64,000 nt of DNA from Bacillota bacterium (GTDB lineage: Bacteria; Bacillota; UBA994; UBA5500), in assembly GCA_050949085.1 (NCBI GenBank), contig JBMNFB010000009.1, positions 352,446-416,445 of the forward strand. Reading direction: 5' to 3'. Positions within the stretch are counted from its first letter, which is position 1. Every line of letters starts with the position of its first letter. Positions 1 through 10,857 of this stretch are shown piece after piece. The position numbers were made by a program, and so were the translations under genes. Under the pieces are notes generated by a model. That model was not told where the DNA came from. It saw only the letters and a program-made list of their open reading frames with translations, and did not search any database.

Positions 1-240
1 TTCAATAAGGCGATGTTTGCTTGTCAAACATCGGATGGTACCCAAAGCAAGTCGGTACGACTTGCGAGTTCAATAAGGCGATGTTTGCTTGTCAAACATC
101 GGATGGTACCCAAAGCAAGTCGGTACGACTTGCGAGTTCAATAAGGCGATGTTTGCTTGTCAAACATCGGATGGTACCCAACAGCAAGTCGGTACGACTT
201 GCGAGTTCAATAAGGCGATGTTTGCTTGTCAAACATCGGG
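1..240. repeat. Tandem array A1 of a 68/69-nt double-hairpin unit (at least 3.5 copies; cut by the window edge)
   Basis: Unit AGCAAGTCGGTACGACTTGCGAGTTCAATAAGGCGATGTTTGCTTGTCAAACATCGGATGGTACCCAA restarts at 46, 114 and 183. The third copy has one inserted base. Each unit has hairpins GCAAGTCG-gta-CGACTTGC and CGATGTTTG-cttgt-CAAACATCG. The array ends about 20 nt beyond the hutI stop. Confidence 0.95.
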
Positions 241-259
241 TAAAGAAGTTCTGGCTGGC

Positions 260-1540
260 TTACGGATTCGCATGCACCAGCCTGCCGTCAACGACAACCT
301 GGCGGCCACGTTTGAACACGTGCCGTACTAAGTTTACCCCAAAGTGATAGGGCACAAAATCCAGATTAGGCGCGTCGTAAACGACACAATCGGCCAGCTT
401 GCCCACTTCCAGGCTACCCACGTCGCCAGCTACACCCAAGGCGTGAGCTGCATTGATGGTTGCCGCCGCCAGCGCCTGCGCCGGGGTCAGGCCCAGGCTC
501 TGCCAGGCCAGCGTCAGGATCATCTGCATCGATTCGGTGGGACAGGTGCCCGGGTTGAAGTCGGTGGCCAGAGCAATCGGCACGCCGGCCTCCAACATGG
601 CCGCTACATCCGGCCGCTGGTTGCTGCGCAGGGTGAAGCTGGTTCCCGGCAGGAGGACTGCCACCACCCCGGCTTGCGCCATCGCCCTGATGCCAGCCGG
701 CGAGGCGTGCAGCAGATGGTCCGCAGAAACGGCCCCGAGTTCAGCCGCTAACTCGGCGCCGCCGAAAGGGACCAACTCGTCGGCATGCAGCTTGGCCTGC
801 AGGCCAAGCCGGGCCGCCGCCTGCAAAATGCGCCGGCTCTCTTCAACCGAGAAAACACCTTCCTCACAGAATACATCGCAGAAGCGCGCGATACCCTGCC
901 TGGCTACGGCCGGCAGCATCTCCTCGATGATCAACTGCACAAATCCGTCAGAATCACCCTGATACTCCGGTGGGATAGCATGGGCGCCCATGAAAGTAGA
1001 GACCACATCGACCGGATGGCGCTGATCGGCCAGATGCGCGGCCTGGAGCTGCCTCAGTTCGCTCTCCGTCGTCAACCCGTAGCCGCTCTTAGCCTCTGCG
1101 GTGGTAGTGCCATAGAGGAGCATCCGATCGAGGTTCTTCATCGCCAGCTCAGTCAGCCGCTCCAGGCTGGCAGCGCGCGTCGCCCGCACCGTGCTCAGGA
1201 TCCCATAACCCTCCGCCAGAATATCGAGGTAAGGTTTCCCCTCGAGTTTCATCGACAGTTCCTGCTCTCGCCAGCCAGCAAAAACCAGATGGGTATGAGG
1301 ATCGACAAAGCCCGGCAGAACCGTGGCTTGTCTTACATCCACCACCCGGGTGTCTGGGCCGAGATAGCTCTGATGCTCAGACATCGGTCCGCTGCCCAGC
1401 ACGCGCTCCCCCCGGATCGCCAGGAAAGCATCAGTCTGACGCGACAGCTCCCCCAGTTCAGCGCCCACTTGCGGCCGCTGACTATAACCCACTGTCGTTG
1501 CCAGTTCGCCGATGTTGATCAGCAGCAGATCAGCTACCAT
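260..1540 (-). CDS. hutI: Imidazolonepropionase
   Basis: Amidohydrolase motifs PGFVDPHTHLVF, KSGYGL, HADE. ATG at 1540 follows GAAGGGTGAG and lies 1 nt after the upstream stop (ORF-track start 1549 is GTG). Confidence 0.9.
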   Translation of the reverse strand: MVADLLLINIGELATTVGYSQRPQVGAELGELSRQTDAFLAIRGERVLGSGPMSEHQSYLGPDTRVVDVRQATVLPGFVDPHTHLVFAGWREQELSMKLEGKPYLDILAEGYGILSTVRATRAASLERLTELAMKNLDRMLLYGTTTAEAKSGYGLTTESELRQLQAAHLADQRHPVDVVSTFMGAHAIPPEYQGDSDGFVQLIIEEMLPAVARQGIARFCDVFCEEGVFSVEESRRILQAAARLGLQAKLHADELVPFGGAELAAELGAVSADHLLHASPAGIRAMAQAGVVAVLLPGTSFTLRSNQRPDVAAMLEAGVPIALATDFNPGTCPTESMQMILTLAWQSLGLTPAQALAAATINAAHALGVAGDVGSLEVGKLADCVVYDAPNLDFVPYHFGVNLVRHVFKRGRQVVVDGRLVHANP

Positions 1541-1541
1541 T

Positions 1542-2438
1542 TTACTCACCCTTCAGATGCAGTTCCAGCAGCTGCTCGTTGCCGAATTCTTCCACCTTGA
1601 GCGCCTGCAGAGCTACATCCAGCATAGCCTGCAGAGGCAACAAGCCGATGATCTCGCTGCCGGCGATCTCCACCCCGGCCTTGGCCGCTTCTGCTTCGAT
1701 GGCCCGATAGACCGGGAGCAAGCCAGTTACCGTATAGTCTACCATATTCATGGTCACCTGTGCTAAATTGCGCTCACCAATCATCACACCCAGAGCCTTG
1801 ACCGCAGGGAAGCCGCCTCCGGATTCACGAATCTTGCGGGCGATGCGCCGGGCCAGCTTCAGATCGTCGCTGGCCAGGTTGACGTTAAAGGCAACGAGCG
1901 GCGGCCGTGCCCCAACCGCCGTAGCGCCCGCCGTCGGGTGCATCCGGGCCGGGCCAAAATCGGGCTTCCGCTCCTCGGTGCCGATCAATTCCTTCAAACC
2001 CTCGTATTCGCCGCGGCGCACATCAGCCAGGTTACGCCGCTCAGGAGTCCGCGCCGCCCGTTCATACAGATAGACTGGAATCTCCAGTTCCTCAGCAATG
2101 CGCTGCGCAAGACCTTCCGCCAGCTGCACGCAATCTTCCATCGTCACTCCCGACAACGGGACAAAGGGAATAACATCGGTGGCACCCATTCGCGGGTGCT
2201 CCCCACTGTGCACATTCATGTCAATCAGGCGACTGGCCTCGGCGCAGCAGCGGAAAGCCGCCTCGCTCACCGCCTGCGGATCGCCGATCATCGTCACCAC
2301 TACCCGGTTGTGATCATGATCTGGATTGACGTCCAGCACCGTCACGCCGTCTACCGCCTTGGCCTGAGCCACAATCTGCTCAATCACCTCGGGGCGGCGC
2401 CCCTCGCTAAAATTGGGCACACATTCGACTACTCGCAT
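1542..2438 (-). CDS. Glutamate formimidoyltransferase (FtcD N-domain-like)
   Basis: VECVPNFSEGRRPEVIEQI start typical of the family. ATG at 2438 is preceded by GGAGGG at 7 nt. Lies inside the hut operon. Confidence 0.85.
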   Translation of the reverse strand: MRVVECVPNFSEGRRPEVIEQIVAQAKAVDGVTVLDVNPDHDHNRVVVTMIGDPQAVSEAAFRCCAEASRLIDMNVHSGEHPRMGATDVIPFVPLSGVTMEDCVQLAEGLAQRIAEELEIPVYLYERAARTPERRNLADVRRGEYEGLKELIGTEERKPDFGPARMHPTAGATAVGARPPLVAFNVNLASDDLKLARRIARKIRESGGGFPAVKALGVMIGERNLAQVTMNMVDYTVTGLLPVYRAIEAEAAKAGVEIAGSEIIGLLPLQAMLDVALQALKVEEFGNEQLLELHLKGE

Positions 2439-2513
2439 CTGTTGACCCTCCAATTGTCGGGGCGGCAACGCCGCCCCGGAATTTTATCTCCTGAACCAGC
2501 GCCGCCGAGAAGC

Positions 2514-4166
2514 CTACTTGATCATCGGCAGCTTCACACCACGCTCCCTGGCTGTGTCGATGGCCAGCTGATAGCCAGCATCGGCGTGGCGCATCACGCC
2601 GGTGCCCGGGTCGGTCGTAAGGACGGTGCGCAGGCGCCACTCGGCCTCGTCGCTGCCGTCGGCAACAACCACCATGCCGGCATGGATGGAGTAGCCGATG
2701 CCCACACCGCCGCCATGATGCACTGACACCCAGGTGGCGCCGGAGACAGAGTTGAGCAGGGCATTGAGGATCGGCCAGTCGGCAATGGCGTCGCTGCCAT
2801 CGCGCATGCCCTCGGTCTCGCGGTTAGGCGAGGCCACCGAACCAGAGTCCAGATGGTCGCGACCGATGACGATGGGCGCCTTCAGTTCGCCGCTCCTCAC
2901 CATTTCATTGATGGCCAGACCGAACTTGGCTCGCTCGCCATAGCCCAGCCAGCAGACGCGGGAAGGCAGCCCCTGGAAGGCGACGCGCTCTTCGGCCATC
3001 GTAATCCAGCGCCGCAAATGCTCATCTTCCGGGAAGAGCTCCAGCACCTTGCGGTCCGTCTTCAGGATATCCTCCGGATCGCCGGACAGGGCTACCCAGC
3101 GGAACGGTCCCTTACCTTCGCAGAACAGGGGCCGAATGTAGGCGGGTACGAAGCCCGGGAAGTCGAAGGCGTTCTTCACCCCGGCATGATCCTTGGCCTG
3201 CTGACGAATATTGTTACCATAATCGAAGACGACGGCGCCTCGCTTCTGCATCTCCAGCATGGCGGTAACGTGCCGACCCATGCTGGCATAGGAACGGCGC
3301 AGATATTCATCCGGATCCTTCTCCCGCAGCTCGAGAGCCTCGGCATAGGACATCTGGCCAGGGACGTAGCCGCTCAGCGCATCGTGGGCCGAGGTCTGGT
3401 CAGTCACCATATCGGGTATGCGGCCACGCTCAACCATCTCCGGCAGAATGTCCGCTGCGTTACCGAGGAGGCCGATAGAAAGCGCCCGGCCTTCAGCCAG
3501 AGCTTCATCCGCCAACCGCAGGGCCTCATCCAGAGAATCGGTCTTCACATCGAGATAACGCGTCTCCAGGCGGCGCTGGATGCGGTGCTCGTCCACCTCG
3601 ACCACGATGGCGACGCCCTCGTTCATCGTCACCGCCAGAGGCTGCGCGCCGCCCATGCCGCCCAGACCAGCCGTCACCACCAGCTTGCCTTTGAGCGAGC
3701 CGCCATAATGTTGACGGGCTGCCTCAGCGATGGTCTCATAAGTGCCCTGGAGGATCCCCTGGGTCGCAATATAGATCCAGCTGCCGGCCGTCATCTGGCC
3801 ATACATGGTCAGACCCTGGGCTTCCAGCTCCCAGAAGTTCTCCCAGTTAGCCCAGGCGGGCACCAGCATGGCATTGCTGATCAACACCCGCGGCGCCCTG
3901 GTGTGGGTACGGAACACCCCGACCGGCTTACCCGACTGAACAAGCAGGGTCTCGTCGTCCTCCAGCTCCCTGAGCGCAGCGACGATGGCGTCGAAGGCTT
4001 CCCAGTTGCGGGCCGCCTTGCCGGTGCCGCCATAGACGATCAGCTGCTCGGGTATCTCGGCCACGTCGGGGTCGAGGTTGTTCATCAGCATACGCAGAGC
4101 GGCTTCCTGCTGCCAGCCCTTGCAGGAGAGCTCACTCCCCCGCGGGGCACGGATGATTCTTGACAT
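2514..4166 (-). CDS. hutU: Urocanate hydratase
   Basis: [37 protein letters not shown] and full-length match in character to urocanase. GAGGAGGAA RBS 7 nt before ATG 4166. Confidence 0.93.
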   Translation of the reverse strand: MSRIIRAPRGSELSCKGWQQEAALRMLMNNLDPDVAEIPEQLIVYGGTGKAARNWEAFDAIVAALRELEDDETLLVQSGKPVGVFRTHTRAPRVLISNAMLVPAWANWENFWELEAQGLTMYGQMTAGSWIYIATQGILQGTYETIAEAARQHYGGSLKGKLVVTAGLGGMGGAQPLAVTMNEGVAIVVEVDEHRIQRRLETRYLDVKTDSLDEALRLADEALAEGRALSIGLLGNAADILPEMVERGRIPDMVTDQTSAHDALSGYVPGQMSYAEALELREKDPDEYLRRSYASMGRHVTAMLEMQKRGAVVFDYGNNIRQQAKDHAGVKNAFDFPGFVPAYIRPLFCEGKGPFRWVALSGDPEDILKTDRKVLELFPEDEHLRRWITMAEERVAFQGLPSRVCWLGYGERAKFGLAINEMVRSGELKAPIVIGRDHLDSGSVASPNRETEGMRDGSDAIADWPILNALLNSVSGATWVSVHHGGGVGIGYSIHAGMVVVADGSDEAEWRLRTVLTTDPGTGVMRHADAGYQLAIDTARERGVKLPMIK

Positions 4167-4238
4167 GTGATCATTCCTCCTCATGTATGGTGGTGCTCAT
4201 ATCTGCTGCCGTCCAGCGTTGAACGGCGGTTCAGCCGA

Positions 4239-5774
4239 TTAACTCCAGGCGGCAAAGAGCTCTGGCTCCTTGGCCTGAACAGCGTTCAGCAGCTGGCCGC
4301 TACGAATAAGGGCGGCAGCCTGCTGAATATCTGGATAAAGAATGCGATCTTCTCGCATCATCGCCACGCGCTCCCGCAGCAGCTGGTAAGCCGGCTCAGT
4401 CAACGGCGAGAGGCCCTTGCGGTCAAGGAGATCTACAGCCTGCGCCGCCGCCAGATATTCGATGGCCAGCACGTTCTCGGTGTTAGCGGCCACGCGCCGC
4501 AGCTTGCGGGCGCCGATGGTTCCCATGCTGACATGATCCTCCTGGTTGGCAGACGAAGGGATGGAGTCAACGCTGGCCGGATGAGCCAGGACTTTGTTCT
4601 CCGAGACTAGCGATGCTGCCGTATACTGAGCGATCATGAAGCCCGAGTTGAGACCGCCGTGCTCGGTGAGAAATGCGGGCAACCCAGAAAGCTGCGGGTT
4701 GACGAGGCGCTCGACGCGGCGCTCGGCGATGTTGGCCAGTTCGGCCAGAGCAATGCTCAGATAGTCCGCCGGCAGTGCCAGCGGCTCGCCATGGAAGTTC
4801 CCCGCCGAAATTGTATCGCCCTCAGCAGCAAAAACCAGCGGGTTATCTGTAGTGCTGTTGATCTCGGTCTCGACGACTTCCCGCACATGGCGCCAGGCAT
4901 TATAGATAGCTCCATGCACCTGGGGGATGCAGCGCAGCGCATAGGCGTCCTGCACACGCAGTTCTCCCGGCGCTGTGGTCAACTGGCTGCCATCCAACAG
5001 GCGGCGCATGCCCTGAGCGACAAGCACCTGCCCCGGGTGAGGACGCACCTGGCTGACGCGAGCATCGTAAGCGGCAGTAATACCCCGCAGCGCCTGCGCT
5101 GTGAGGCTGGCAGTAACCAGGGCCGACTGCTGCAGGCGTTGAGCGTCAATCACAGCCAGGGAAAGCAGCGCCAGCATCACCTGCGTGCCGTTGATCAGTG
5201 CCAGACCTTCTTTGGACGAGAGGCGGAGCGGCGCCAGGCCGGCTCGGCGGAGGGCCTCTCCCCCAGGAAGGACTTCCCCGTCATAGTAGGCCTCCCCTTC
5301 GCCCAGCAGCACGAGGGCGATATGCGACAGCGGTGCCAGATCGCCGCTGGCCCCCAGTGACCCCTGCGCCGGCACGCGCGGCGTGATTTCCCGGTTGATC
5401 AGCTCCAGCAGCAGCTCCACCGTCTCCTGACGGACGCCTGAGTATCCTTTGGCTAGCGAGTTGGCCCGCAGCAGCATCGCTGCGCGCACCACCTCCAGTG
5501 GCAGATGCTCGCCGACGCCGCAGGCATGCGAGAAAATCAGATTCTGCTGCAGCTGTGCCGTCTGCTCTCGGTCGATATAGGTGTCGGAAAACATGCCGAA
5601 GCCGGTGGTGATCCCGTAGACAACTGCTTCCCGGTTGACCATATCCTCCACCAGCTGCCGCGATCTGGCCAGCTTCTGCCTGGCCTCGTCCGTCAAAACC
5701 ACTCTGACGGCATTCCGGGCGACCAGAGCAACCTGCTCCAGCGTCAGGCTCTCACCGTCCAAATAAATTGTCAT
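4239..5774 (-). CDS. hutH: Histidine ammonia-lyase
   Basis: MIO-forming GSLGASGDLAPLSH motif. ATG at 5774 (MTIYLDGESL) is preceded by GGAGGGAG. The ORF-track extension to 5891 is probably not translated. Confidence 0.92.
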   Translation of the reverse strand: MTIYLDGESLTLEQVALVARNAVRVVLTDEARQKLARSRQLVEDMVNREAVVYGITTGFGMFSDTYIDREQTAQLQQNLIFSHACGVGEHLPLEVVRAAMLLRANSLAKGYSGVRQETVELLLELINREITPRVPAQGSLGASGDLAPLSHIALVLLGEGEAYYDGEVLPGGEALRRAGLAPLRLSSKEGLALINGTQVMLALLSLAVIDAQRLQQSALVTASLTAQALRGITAAYDARVSQVRPHPGQVLVAQGMRRLLDGSQLTTAPGELRVQDAYALRCIPQVHGAIYNAWRHVREVVETEINSTTDNPLVFAAEGDTISAGNFHGEPLALPADYLSIALAELANIAERRVERLVNPQLSGLPAFLTEHGGLNSGFMIAQYTAASLVSENKVLAHPASVDSIPSSANQEDHVSMGTIGARKLRRVAANTENVLAIEYLAAAQAVDLLDRKGLSPLTEPAYQLLRERVAMMREDRILYPDIQQAAALIRSGQLLNAVQAKEPELFAAWS

Positions 5775-5941
5775 GTAGGCTCCCTCCATCTCCAGTTGTT
5801 CAAACGCAAGTATTGATCGCACACAAGAAGACTCCGGTCGTGCTGGCTCGCTTGACAGGAGCGCAGCCTGGTTGTTAGCATTGATTAACATCCATCAAAA
5901 GTTGGATGTTGCCTGAAGAAGCACAGGTAAGGAGGATGAAG

Positions 5942-6562
5942 ATGCCTAGTTCACTGCGAGCAGCCCTCGGCCGCATCCGCAACTATCTCATCGCCGCCCT
6001 GATTCTCTTCCTGCTGGGGATCACCATCGGCGCAGTGGCCACCAGCCAGGACCCGGATGCCATGCTGCAGGCCATCGAGACGGTGGCCAAACAGCTGCAG
6101 CAACTCGGCGAGGATATCCTCAGCGGTCCGCTGGGCGAAGGTATTCTCCTGCTGTTCTGGCATAACCTGCGGACGGTGCTGATGATGGCCGTCTTCGGCC
6201 TGGCCCTGGGTATCCCCGCGGCCCTCGGCGTACTGATCAACGGCGTGATCATCGGGGTCGTCGGTGTGCTCAGCACCCAGACAGCCGGAATCGTCCCCTT
6301 CCTGGCTGGCATCCTGCCCCACGGAGTATTCGAAATCCCCGCCCTGCTCATCGGCGCCGGAGTCGGCCTCCGGCTGGGCCTGGGCCCGCTGCTGGCGCGA
6401 CGCAGAAGCACGTTTGCCACGCCAGCGCCCGCCACCTGGCAGGGCTATGGGTGGGAACTGCGCGAAGCCCTCAGGGTACTCCTGTTCTGCGCCCTGCTGC
6501 TGGCCATAGCCGCCGCTATCGAGGTTAGCATTACCCCGCGCCTCATCGGCCTTACCCTCTAG
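5942..6562 (+). CDS. spoIIM: SpoIIM-family (DUF95) integral membrane protein
   Basis: Multi-TM protein with ILPHGVFEIPALLIGAGVGLRLG motif. AAGGAGG at 5929-5935; ATG candidates at 5936 and 5942 (track start 5906). Confidence 0.7.
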   Translation: MPSSLRAALGRIRNYLIAALILFLLGITIGAVATSQDPDAMLQAIETVAKQLQQLGEDILSGPLGEGILLLFWHNLRTVLMMAVFGLALGIPAALGVLINGVIIGVVGVLSTQTAGIVPFLAGILPHGVFEIPALLIGAGVGLRLGLGPLLARRRSTFATPAPATWQGYGWELREALRVLLFCALLLAIAAAIEVSITPRLIGLTL

Positions 6563-6613
6563 CGAATAGTAGCAAGCAAAAAGGAGCAGTCATCAGGCTG
6601 CTCCTTTCTGATT

Positions 6614-8500
<1,887 letters not shown>

Positions 8501-8671
8501 AGCTCTACGCAGCCCCTCTCCCTAGAAACTCTCGTTCATCATCTTGTCGGCAAGGCAGTATAGACTTCCCATCGTCATTGTCCCCAGAAGCACAAAAAGG
8601 TGACTCTTTTAATTGTAGCAAAACAACGCTTTACCGACAATATACAGGAACAAGGCGAAGAAGTCGGCTGA

Positions 8672-9214
8672 TCACCCCTGCTGGTAGGCCTCCGGCTTGA
8701 GCACGCCAACGTCAGGTAGCTGGCGATAGCGCTGGGCGAAATCCAGCCCATAGCCGACGACAAAGCGGTCAGGAATCTGGAAACCACAATAGTCGGGCAC
8801 GATGTCCACCTGTCGCCGCGACGGCTTATCCAGCAATGTGCAGATCTTCAGCGATTTAGGTTTGCGCGAAAGCAGGTTCTCGATCAGGTACTTGAGTGTC
8901 AGGCCGGTATCGATGATGTCTTCCACCACCATCACATGACGGCCCTCGATACTCTCGTCCAGGTCCTTGAGGAAGCGAACCACGCCTGAGGACTGGGTGG
9001 ATGCGCCGTAACTGGAGACAGCGATACTGTCCATGACGACGTTGCCGTCGATCTGCCGCAGGAGGTCAGCGGCAAAAATGATGGCACCCTTCAGCACGAC
9101 GACCGCCAGAAACTCCTCCCCTTCATAGTCGCGGGAGATCTGGCGTCCCAGCTCCGCTACCTTGGCAGCGATCTCCTCCCTGGTAATTAGGATGCTCTCC
9201 AAATCCTGATGCAT
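8672..9214 (-). CDS. hpt: Hypoxanthine phosphoribosyltransferase
   Basis: PRPP-binding VMVVEDIIDTGLTL. Position between tilS and ftsH as in B. subtilis. Confidence 0.92.
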   Translation of the reverse strand: MHQDLESILITREEIAAKVAELGRQISRDYEGEEFLAVVVLKGAIIFAADLLRQIDGNVVMDSIAVSSYGASTQSSGVVRFLKDLDESIEGRHVMVVEDIIDTGLTLKYLIENLLSRKPKSLKICTLLDKPSRRQVDIVPDYCGFQIPDRFVVGYGLDFAQRYRQLPDVGVLKPEAYQQG

Positions 9215-9234
9215 AGCCTATTCTTCCTTTCCCT

Positions 9235-10668
9235 TTAGAAATCTTCGCTGAGCCGACCCGGCTCCGGGCCAAAACCTTTTGGCCTATACTCCAGATAGAC
9301 GATCTGGCTCGTCTGCTGTGTCACACGCCAGCGATGATCCAGCCTCAGCCCGGCCACCCAGACGATGTTATCACCACTGACAACCAGCGGGATCCGGTGC
9401 CGTTGCTGACGATCGATCTTCTGGTCGACAAAGAAGTCCTGTAACTTCTTGCTTCCCGCCATCCCCAGCGGTTGAAAGACATCCCCGGGGCGCCAGTTAC
9501 GAACCTGGAGCGATTGGCCCCGCAGCGGCTCGTAGTCGCAGCAGGCCTGCGCAGCGCTGTCGGGGATAGCAGCGACATCACGGCGACGCAGCAGCTGTGC
9601 GCTGATCGTCCCCAGACCGTCCGGAAGCTCCAGGGCGCCGGGCAAGGGCAGCTCAAAGCACCACTCGCGGGCTTCATCTGGCTGCTCGATGACCAGACTG
9701 TGATGGCTGCGCCGGCAGCGCCAGCCAAGGGGCCAGTCGCTGGCCGCCCCGGTTGGCGAGCCCAGCAGTTCCAGAGCCGATTCTACGTGTGAGAACAGCA
9801 GATTCTGCGGATGGCCGATCAGTTCCTGCCAGACGAGGCGCAGGGCGCGCCGCTGGAGAGCCAACGGCAATGCTGACATCTTTGCCACTGACAGGGTGAT
9901 TCCTGCCGGATGGGTCGCAACCGTTACATCCCGCAGCGCCTGTCGGGCCTGGGCAGTTAGCCATGCGTCGTCAGCCGCCGCCAGGTCAGCCGTGCGCGCC
10001 AGCGACTCTTCAATCGCTACGTTTGCCTGCCGCAGCAGCGGCAAGACGTCCAGACGCAGCCAGTTCCGCTGATAGATAGCCTCGGCATTGCTGGCGTCGA
10101 CGCGGAAGCTGAGCCGCTGCTCCCGCAGATATTCCATAATCGCCCGGCGACTCTCCTGCAACAGGGGGCGCACCAGGCTGACCCCGTCCATCTCCTCCAG
10201 GGGGCGCATGCCGCCCAGGCCACTGACGCCGGCTCCCCGCAGCAAGTGCAGCAGCACCGTCTCGGCCTGATCGCCCTGATGATGCCCCAGCACAATGCGG
10301 CTGGCAGCAGACTCACCAGCCACCTGGCGCAAGAACTGGTAGCGACAGCGCCGGCTGACACTCTCCACCGAACCGCCGGCTTCGGTCATAATGCGCGGAA
10401 TGTCCGCCTGGCCGATTACAGCTGGCCAGCCCAGATCCTGCGCCAGCCGCTGCACAAAGGCAGCGTCGCCGGCGGCGGCTTCACCGCGCAGCTGGTGGTT
10501 GAGGTGAGCCACGACCAGCTGCCAGCCAAATTCTTCGCTCAGCCGGTGGAGAAGATGCAGCAGACAGACCGAATCGGGGCCGCCAGAAGTGGCCACTACC
10601 AGCCTTTCGCCTGGCGGCAGCAGCGACTTGAGCCTGATCTGGCTGCGCACCCTTTCGAACATCGTCAT
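9235..10668 (-). CDS. tilS: tRNA(Ile)-lysidine synthase
   Basis: PP-loop VATSGGPDSVCLLHLL. Synteny spoIIE-tilS-hpt-ftsH. Start uncertain: ATG 10668 or 10662; track TTG 10692. Confidence 0.88.
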   Translation of the reverse strand: MTMFERVRSQIRLKSLLPPGERLVVATSGGPDSVCLLHLLHRLSEEFGWQLVVAHLNHQLRGEAAAGDAAFVQRLAQDLGWPAVIGQADIPRIMTEAGGSVESVSRRCRYQFLRQVAGESAASRIVLGHHQGDQAETVLLHLLRGAGVSGLGGMRPLEEMDGVSLVRPLLQESRRAIMEYLREQRLSFRVDASNAEAIYQRNWLRLDVLPLLRQANVAIEESLARTADLAAADDAWLTAQARQALRDVTVATHPAGITLSVAKMSALPLALQRRALRLVWQELIGHPQNLLFSHVESALELLGSPTGAASDWPLGWRCRRSHHSLVIEQPDEAREWCFELPLPGALELPDGLGTISAQLLRRRDVAAIPDSAAQACCDYEPLRGQSLQVRNWRPGDVFQPLGMAGSKKLQDFFVDQKIDRQQRHRIPLVVSGDNIVWVAGLRLDHRWRVTQQTSQIVYLEYRPKGFGPEPGRLSEDF

Positions 10669-10857
10669 CAAAATCGCTTCCCCCCGCAACAAAGCGCCCT
10701 ATACGAAACATACCCGCTTTATTGTTTCATTCTACCACAAGCCTTCGCCCGCTAGAGCCTTTTTCTGTCGGCAGGGCTGCAGAGCAAAAAAAAGTAGCCG
10801 CACCTATAGAGAAGGAGAGTGCGGCTATGGAGAGGAGAGATGGTGCCCCCTATGGGG

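Noticed and set aside
11-33. Hairpin-2 palindrome GATGTTTG...CAAACATC as a parS-like or other protein-binding palindrome
   Set aside because: It has a 5-nt non-palindromic centre and does not match the 16-bp parS consensus. The base of the stem changes between loci while pairing is kept, which fits structure rather than sequence-specific recognition.
21-347. ORF-track ORFs 21..347 and 89..331 running through repeat array 1 (MSNIGWYPKQVGTTCEFNKAMFACQTSDG...)
   Set aside because: The 68-nt period is not a multiple of 3, so the protein only cycles through the three frames of the repeat. There is no usable RBS, and the ORF runs antisense into the hutI 3' end.
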